This document shows, piece after piece, positions 26,934-31,331 of a stretch of 31,331 bases of DNA. This DNA is from a virus (Duplodnaviria > Caudoviricetes), in the IMG/VR virus record IMGVR_UViG_3300030376_005329, positions 1-31,331 of that record; one strand, given 5' to 3'. The notes below the pieces were generated by a model. The model was not told where the DNA came from. It did no database searches and was given only the letters and a program-made list of their open reading frames with translations. The position numbers and the translations under genes were made by a program. The stretch's first letter is position 1; each line of letters opens with the position of its first letter.

Positions 26934-27476
26934 TTACTTTTTCTTCTTCTTGAGATACCAACCCCACACGTCCTTGAAGTTGCTGTACTTGTCCGTTATG
27001 AGGTCAGGGCTCTGTTTGAGGTCCTGTTGTTCCTGCTCGCCGTCCCTCCTGACGTCATTCAACCTCTTGACCAACTGCCTGCTCAACATGGGTTTGTCGT
27101 CTGAGATGTTGCGTGGCACGAAGTAGTCTGGTATCTTGAGTCCAGACCCGGTGACCTGCTCACAGGCCCTATCAACCTTGACCAAGGCCCTCATCAGTTT
27201 CTCCAACTGTGATTCTGTGGTGTCCCTGAACCTGCCGCCCCTGTGTATGGGTCCTATGTTGTGTGCAATTCCTGGTATCACCCCATCATCATGTTGGTTC
27301 CAACCAGGCAACAGATTGTGTGTCATGAGTTCAGTGATGTCTTCCTGTATCTTGGTCAGCCAATCATAGGCCTCAAGCCTCTCCCCAACTGTCTCGCCTA
27401 TCAGCATGGTGGCCTGATGGAACTTGCCCTTGGCGTCCGAATAGCCACCGGTCTCTGGTGTGTGTAGATATGACAT
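26934..27476 (-). CDS. Hypothetical protein (180 aa)
   Basis: AAGGA RBS; 1-nt gap to the upstream gene. Confidence 0.75.
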   Translation of the reverse strand: MSYLHTPETGGYSDAKGKFHQATMLIGETVGERLEAYDWLTKIQEDITELMTHNLLPGWNQHDDGVIPGIAHNIGPIHRGGRFRDTTESQLEKLMRALVKVDRACEQVTGSGLKIPDYFVPRNISDDKPMLSRQLVKRLNDVRRDGEQEQQDLKQSPDLITDKYSNFKDVWGWYLKKKKK

Positions 27477-27477
27477 G

Positions 27478-27687
27478 CTAGTCCTTGATGTATGGTTCTT
27501 TTGGTTGTTGTGGTGATTCAGGTGCCTTTGGCGGTTCTGGTTGCTCCTGTTGAATGATCTGTATCACCTTCTGGTGCAGTGTGCCCACCGCCGCCATCTC
27601 AGCGGCACCAAACGCACCCCTCCTCGCGGCCACGTCAAGCGCCTGTGCTATTATCTGGTAGTCCTGCAGTACTAGTGTCTGTTTCAT
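27478..27687 (-). CDS. Conserved small phage protein (69 aa, LDVAARRGAF.A.EM..VG.L)
   Basis: AAGGAG RBS and its own sigma70 promoter; motif recalled from large dsDNA phages. Confidence 0.75.
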   Translation of the reverse strand: MKQTLVLQDYQIIAQALDVAARRGAFGAAEMAAVGTLHQKVIQIIQQEQPEPPKAPESPQQPKEPYIKD

Positions 27688-27705
27688 TTGTTTTTCTCCT
27701 TGTGG

Positions 27706-28198
27706 TTATTGTTTGTTTTTCAGTTTATTATAACGTATTCCAGCCAATCCGTCAAGCACACCACTCTCCTGCAGTGCCTCGGCGTCGTTGTCTCGCAGTC
27801 TGGCCAATCGCTGTTCATTGATCAGGCACACCATCTGTATCTCCTCCGTGGTGTATGACTGGTTCTCTATCAACCATGCCAAGGGTTTAAGCCTCTTGAT
27901 CTGGTGTGGATCTATGGTGTCCTCCAACCTCGGCAGTTTCTGCTCTTGCCTGCTCCTGATCAGTTTCAGTATGTCCTCGGCCCTCTGTGCCGAATCCTGC
28001 TGTTCCCGGCTGTGCAGTTCGTCCAGCAGTTGCTTGAGCCTTTTCCCTTCTGCGGTGTTCGGCCTTCCAGTTGTTCTTGGCCTCTTCGTTGGCCTGCTTC
28101 TTGATTTGTCTTTCATGTTTCTCCTTCTGTTGTTGTGATTCTATCATTGCCCTCACGAACTGATCGTTGAGGTGTTTGCTTCGTACGTGGTCAGTCAT
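27706..28198 (-). CDS. Hypothetical helical protein present as two overlapping frames (27887..28198 and 27706..28116); possibly one frameshifted gene
   Basis: The upstream frame is protein-like until GGGAAAA (28041-28047) and the downstream frame is protein-like after it. Confidence 0.5.
27727..27755 (-). promoter_or_regulatory. sigma70-type promoter TTGACG-17-TATAAT
   Basis: Read directly upstream of the 27687 gene. Confidence 0.75.
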
Positions 28199-28700
28199 GT
28201 CGCGGTCCCCCACCACGCTTCCATTGTTGGCCTCGTGCCTTGGATCCCAGTCCCTTGGGCCTGATCCTGTGTTTGTCCCGGGTGGGCCTACGCATGGCGT
28301 CTATCCTACGCATCAGCCTCACGTTCCAGATGTGCCAGCCTTCACGGGTGTCCACACGTGTCAGGTTCAAGGCCTCTGAGTCCCTGCTCCACTCTCCCGG
28401 TGCCGTCTTCAACAGGTCCAGGTAGTCCTCCCACAGTATGGTCCATTCCTGGCTCCAGAATCTGGCCTGTGCCCGGGCCCTGCTCCACCTCCTGCGGTGG
28501 TCCCTGACCTCGGGATCCGGTCCCGTCAACCAGGTGTCAGGACTGGGTCCTGACCTGTGCATTATGTGGTACTTTTCCGGGTTCTCCCGTATCCGCTCAC
28601 GTTGCCGGTCACTGGCCCACTGGCGCCTCTCCGCGGTCCATCCGGCCTCCAGGCCTGACAGCCCCTTGTTCCAGGGTCGGTTATTCTTCTTGAATGGCAT
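28191..28700 (-). CDS. HNH-like (beta-beta-alpha) endonuclease/DNA-binding protein with NUMOD3-like PWNKG motif (169 aa)
   Basis: RARAQARF..QEW.I.WEDY...LTRVDTREGWHIWNVRLM resembles phage HNH variants; GGGAGG RBS. Confidence 0.55.
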   Translation of the reverse strand: MPFKKNNRPWNKGLSGLEAGWTAERRQWASDRQRERIRENPEKYHIMHRSGPSPDTWLTGPDPEVRDHRRRWSRARAQARFWSQEWTILWEDYLDLLKTAPGEWSRDSEALNLTRVDTREGWHIWNVRLMRRIDAMRRPTRDKHRIRPKGLGSKARGQQWKRGGGPRHD

Positions 28701-28872
28701 TGATCCGGTCCTCCCGTTGGCAGTTGAATCTGACGCACCTCCACTGATCCGGCAGGATCACCCACAGCCAGTTGCGGAGTGGCTGTATAACGATCCAGTG
28801 GCCCCGTGCCGCATCCAGCGAGGTGCTGGTGTGGGGTGCGTTTAAAAAAAATTTGGGCAGTTGATTCTGCAT
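28681..28872 (-). CDS. Hypothetical protein (63 aa, MQNQLPKFF...)
   Basis: AGGAGG RBS; promoter immediately upstream. Confidence 0.65.
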   Translation of the reverse strand: MQNQLPKFFLNAPHTSTSLDAARGHWIVIQPLRNWLWVILPDQWRCVRFNCQREDRINAIQEE

Positions 28873-28897
28873 GTAGTTGCCTCCTATTGTTACTGTG

Positions 28898-28931
28898 TAT
28901 TTAGTGTAGCAGGCGCAGGCCGGTGTGTCAA
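28898..28931 (-). promoter_or_regulatory. Overlapping sigma70 promoter (TTGACA-17-TACACT) and CTAAATA box
   Basis: Minus strand TTGACAcaccggcctgcgcctgcTACACTAAATA. Confidence 0.7.
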
Positions 28932-28987
28932 CCTGGTTCGGCAGGCGATTTTTTTTTGCGTCCAGCAAAAATTCGCGTTCGTTCTGA

Positions 28988-29323
28988 CTAGGCTGGTCCA
29001 GTGAATGCCGCGTCCATCAGGCGCTTCTCTTCTTTGGCCAGATCTGGCAACACCTTGCTATACCATAACGGCAGTTTGTTCTCTATTGGTATCTCAACTG
29101 CATATGTCACTGTGGGCCAATGTGCCAAAAAACCCGTCTTATCCTTGAACCCATCTGGCAAGGGATTGTTTTTGGGATCCTTACGGTGTTGAGCCAAACG
29201 GTCAAGCCATACTTGCAATATGAATTTTGCGTCTGTGTGTGTGATGTCGATGTCTAATGTGTCAACCACCTGGTTTGTTATTGGGTCTATGACCAATGTT
29301 TTTTTTGTGTTTTTCTTTGTCAT
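28988..29323 (-). CDS. Hypothetical early protein (111 aa)
   Basis: AAGGAG RBS; consensus promoter upstream. Confidence 0.8.
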   Translation of the reverse strand: MTKKNTKKTLVIDPITNQVVDTLDIDITHTDAKFILQVWLDRLAQHRKDPKNNPLPDGFKDKTGFLAHWPTVTYAVEIPIENKLPLWYSKVLPDLAKEEKRLMDAAFTGPA

Positions 29324-29346
29324 TGTTTTTCTCCTTTGTTAGTATG

Positions 29347-29374
29347 ATTATAGCACGGATTGGTGCAGTGTCAA
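29347..29374 (-). promoter_or_regulatory. sigma70-type promoter TTGACA-16-TATAAT with extended TG
   Basis: Read directly. Confidence 0.8.
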
Positions 29375-29741
29375 CCTACTCGGAAAAGTTGCTGTATTTT
29401 TACAGCGTATATAGGGCAAGTTACCAAACCAATTTCAATGGCCACCCCCCACCGTTCACCACCATGGGTCACCGTTGGGCCAGGATCGAGTCATTTCCTA
29501 CACGATTACCACCGGTAAAGGTTGATTGGGCGGTAGATACGGTGGTCCAACCTGGTCCATTCTGGTTCATACGGCGGGTAAGGTCCGGAATGTGGCTGAT
29601 ATCAGGTGTTGGTAGAGAATGGTAAGGGAGATGCCAAACCCTAGTATCATGTCCGACCTTATCCACGATATCTTGTGCTCCTTTACACTCGTATGACAGC
29701 GTCGTATTGGCTTATTTGTAGGGGTAATGTTGTGGGAAAAC

Positions 29742-29769
29742 GCAAGGAAACCGTTTGTTATTTCCTTGC
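29742..29769. terminator. Hairpin GCAAGGAAA-N10-TTTCCTTGC after the 29777 gene
   Basis: 9-bp perfect inverted repeat followed by GTTTT on the minus strand. Confidence 0.5.
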
Positions 29770-29776
29770 CTGTTGA

Positions 29777-29956
29777 CTATGCTTTCTTCTTGATCAAGTG
29801 TTCCGTCATAGTCTCGAGAGCGGTGGCGATCCTTTGTGTGTTCCAACTGATGTTGTGTATCTCTGATTCAACATCGCTGGGCCATTCACCCAAACACCTT
29901 GTGTTGTACTCAATGTTCTCGAGTGCATCACATATGCCTTTGATTTGCTCTTCCAT
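29777..29956 (-). CDS. Hypothetical early protein (59 aa, MEEQIKGICDALE...RIATALE)
   Basis: AAAGGAG RBS; promoter upstream. Confidence 0.75.
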   Translation of the reverse strand: MEEQIKGICDALENIEYNTRCLGEWPSDVESEIHNISWNTQRIATALETMTEHLIKKKA

Positions 29957-29978
29957 GTGTTTTCTCCTTTCATATGTA

Positions 29979-30007
29979 ATTGTAGCACACACGGGCGGCA
30001 CAGTCAA
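29979..30007 (-). promoter_or_regulatory. sigma70-type promoter TTGACT-17-TACAAT with extended TG
   Basis: Read directly; similar to the 669-697 promoter. Confidence 0.75.
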
Positions 30008-30021
30008 CTGTGTTTGGTAAT

Positions 30022-30282
30022 CTAAACAGGTCTCCGCAACTCCGCCCAAACTATCTCCCTACGCAACCATTCCGGACAGCGTTCATCTCTGTACAGCATC
30101 AGTCTCAGTTCTCTTGTGGTGATGAACTCGTCTGTGGGTATCATGGCTTCGTCTCGTGTCAAGGGATTAACTATCACTGCGTTGATGCTACGTTGATGCA
30201 GTTGTGCGGCCATGTGGTCTTCTATCTCTTGCAATGACTGGTACAGATCTATGTGTTCCCACAGGTGCTCCAGTGTGGTCAT
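30022..30282 (-). CDS. Hypothetical protein (86 aa)
   Basis: ORF begins immediately after the TAG of a 13-codon leader ORF. Confidence 0.65.
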   Translation of the reverse strand: MTTLEHLWEHIDLYQSLQEIEDHMAAQLHQRSINAVIVNPLTRDEAMIPTDEFITTRELRLMLYRDERCPEWLRREIVWAELRRPV

Positions 30283-30324
30283 CTACCCCGACGCTGAATC
30301 GCCATTTATGATTGTTTGACTCAT
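30283..30324 (-). pseudogene. 13-aa ORF MSQTIINGDSASG, possible remnant of a DNA methyltransferase gene start
   Basis: GGGAGG RBS and CTAAATA box (30364-30370). IINGDS resembles the first motif of N4/N6 beta-class methyltransferases. Confidence 0.4.
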
Positions 30325-30385
30325 TTGTTTTCCTCCCGGGATAGCAGTCAGTTTGTATAGGGATATTTAGGAGGATTGGGCTCCA

Positions 30386-30490
30386 TGGCGGCAGAAAGGA
30401 GTCATATCGTGCAAGGAGTATGAAGAACTGCCGCCAGGATCTGGACGTGACTTATAAGTTGGGCACGTGTAACGCCTGACTACACGTCCA
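30386..30490 (-). ncRNA. Putative two-hairpin small RNA C with anti-Shine-Dalgarno loop
   Basis: TAAATA at 30496-30501, then 5 nt, perfect stems TGGACGTG/CACGTCCA and TGGCGGCAG/CTGCCGCCA. The second loop has ACUCCUU twice. Confidence 0.6.
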
Positions 30491-30498
30491 AATTCTAT

Positions 30499-30807
30499 TT
30501 AATCTATAACCGAGTGGCCCCTGCCCCTAAGGCACTGGTTCACCCTCTGCTTGTACTTGCTCTCACGCTTGGGCACTATGCCCAGTGTGGCGTAGTGGAA
30601 GTAGGCACCCCATCCCTGGTTCAGTGTGTCGTAGATCCTGAAGGTGTTGTCATCAGCATAGGTCTTGCAGTGCTGTATGTCGTTGGTGAGCCTTTCCGCC
30701 TGTGTGTCGGGGAATGTGCCTGATCGGCCCACGGTGTCAATCTTAGGATTGTAACTACACGCTGTGAGTGAGATCAACCCAATCACGGTCACTATTGTCT
30801 TGTTCAT
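30499..30807 (-). CDS. Small lipoprotein (102 aa)
   Basis: Signal peptide and lipobox MNKTIVTVIGLISLTA-C; AAGGAG RBS; conserved-looking C...CL.GRG. Confidence 0.8.
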   Translation of the reverse strand: MNKTIVTVIGLISLTACSYNPKIDTVGRSGTFPDTQAERLTNDIQHCKTYADDNTFRIYDTLNQGWGAYFHYATLGIVPKRESKYKQRVNQCLRGRGHSVID

Positions 30808-31049
30808 TGTTTCTCCTTTTTTGGTTTGTCTTTTTTGAACCATTCTGGCCGTTCGGCGGTCTCGTATGTGAAAAAATCCACGATGTCCTTGCCTGCGTCA
30901 AGCGGTTCCATGCCCCATACTTCACGCAGTTCAACTATCACGCTGTTAAGTATGGGTCTGATCTTGTCATATTCGGTGCCCTGTAAATATCGTTTACGCC
31001 ATCGAGCCAGTTCTATTAGGGCCTGCCATTGATTGTTCTTTTTCTTCAT
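30804..31049 (-). CDS. Hypothetical protein (81 aa)
   Basis: ATGA overlaps at both ends. Confidence 0.75.
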   Translation of the reverse strand: MKKKNNQWQALIELARWRKRYLQGTEYDKIRPILNSVIVELREVWGMEPLDAGKDIVDFFTYETAERPEWFKKDKPKKEKQ

Positions 31050-31331
31050 TGAGCGTAGTCCACTGTGGTTTCGTGTTGCTCACGGTGTTGGGCCAGTTTG
31101 CTTTCAAACACACGTAGCATCTGCTGGTGTAAGTCCAAATCATTCTCGGATTCCCAAAGTGCCACCTCAACATCATCATCTTCTAGGTATTCAAAGGCCC
31201 ACCAGTCTATCCTTTCCGGTTCCACCTGGTCTGGGTCGTCAGGATCGTATCCCTGTTCCTCCGCCCAGTCCGCCATCTGGTCCCAAACATCGTTGTTATG
31301 GGCCGGATATAGGTCTGAACCTGTGCCTTCG
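30913..31331. repeat. Terminal direct repeat, right copy (matches 1-419)
   Basis: Same sequence as 1-419 with 3 substitutions. It contains the 3' part of the 134..526 gene. Confidence 0.97.

Noticed and set aside
25059-27104. Long + strand ORFs (318 and 362 aa) and similar ones opposite the structural genes
   Set aside because: Antisense shadows of G/S/T-rich minus-strand genes, with no RBS or motifs.
29469-29666. 65-aa minus-strand ORF with GTG start
   Set aside because: The SD is 12 nt away, it lies downstream of a terminator-like hairpin and has no motif. Too weak to list as a feature.
30283-30285. Genome-wide TAG recoding
   Set aside because: Long genes are uninterrupted in the standard code and TAG serves as a normal stop in several genes.

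Overview
The window looks like a complete, circularly permuted genome of a small tailed phage with siphovirus-type architecture. The unit length is 30,912 bp; bases 1-419 recur at 30913-31331 with 3 mismatches. Nearly all genes are on the minus strand. In transcription order these are small early hypothetical genes under sigma70-type promoters, an HNH-like protein, two mosaic tail-fibre genes and fibre accessory genes, terS, terL, portal, a cluster of small basic proteins, scaffold, major capsid, neck and tail genes, a tail chaperone with a probable -1 frameshift, tape measure, Dit, hub, J-like tip and a LamG-like protein. The only clear plus-strand gene is a CstII/Maf/MptE-like transferase. 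I recognise no polymerase, primase, helicase, SSB, integrase, repressor, sigma factor or endolysin. Late genes are nevertheless preceded by T4-late-promoter-like TAAATA boxes. Three further TAAATA boxes sit exactly 5 nt upstream of non-coding hairpin units, and several of their loops are antisense to Shine-Dalgarno and/or start-codon sequences. A ~400-nt structured non-coding region follows a sigma70 promoter. Working hypothesis (inference): a satellite-like phage that builds its own virion, borrows late transcription, replication and lysis from a T4-like helper, and uses antisense sRNAs against it. All protein calls come from motif recognition and gene order, with no database searches.
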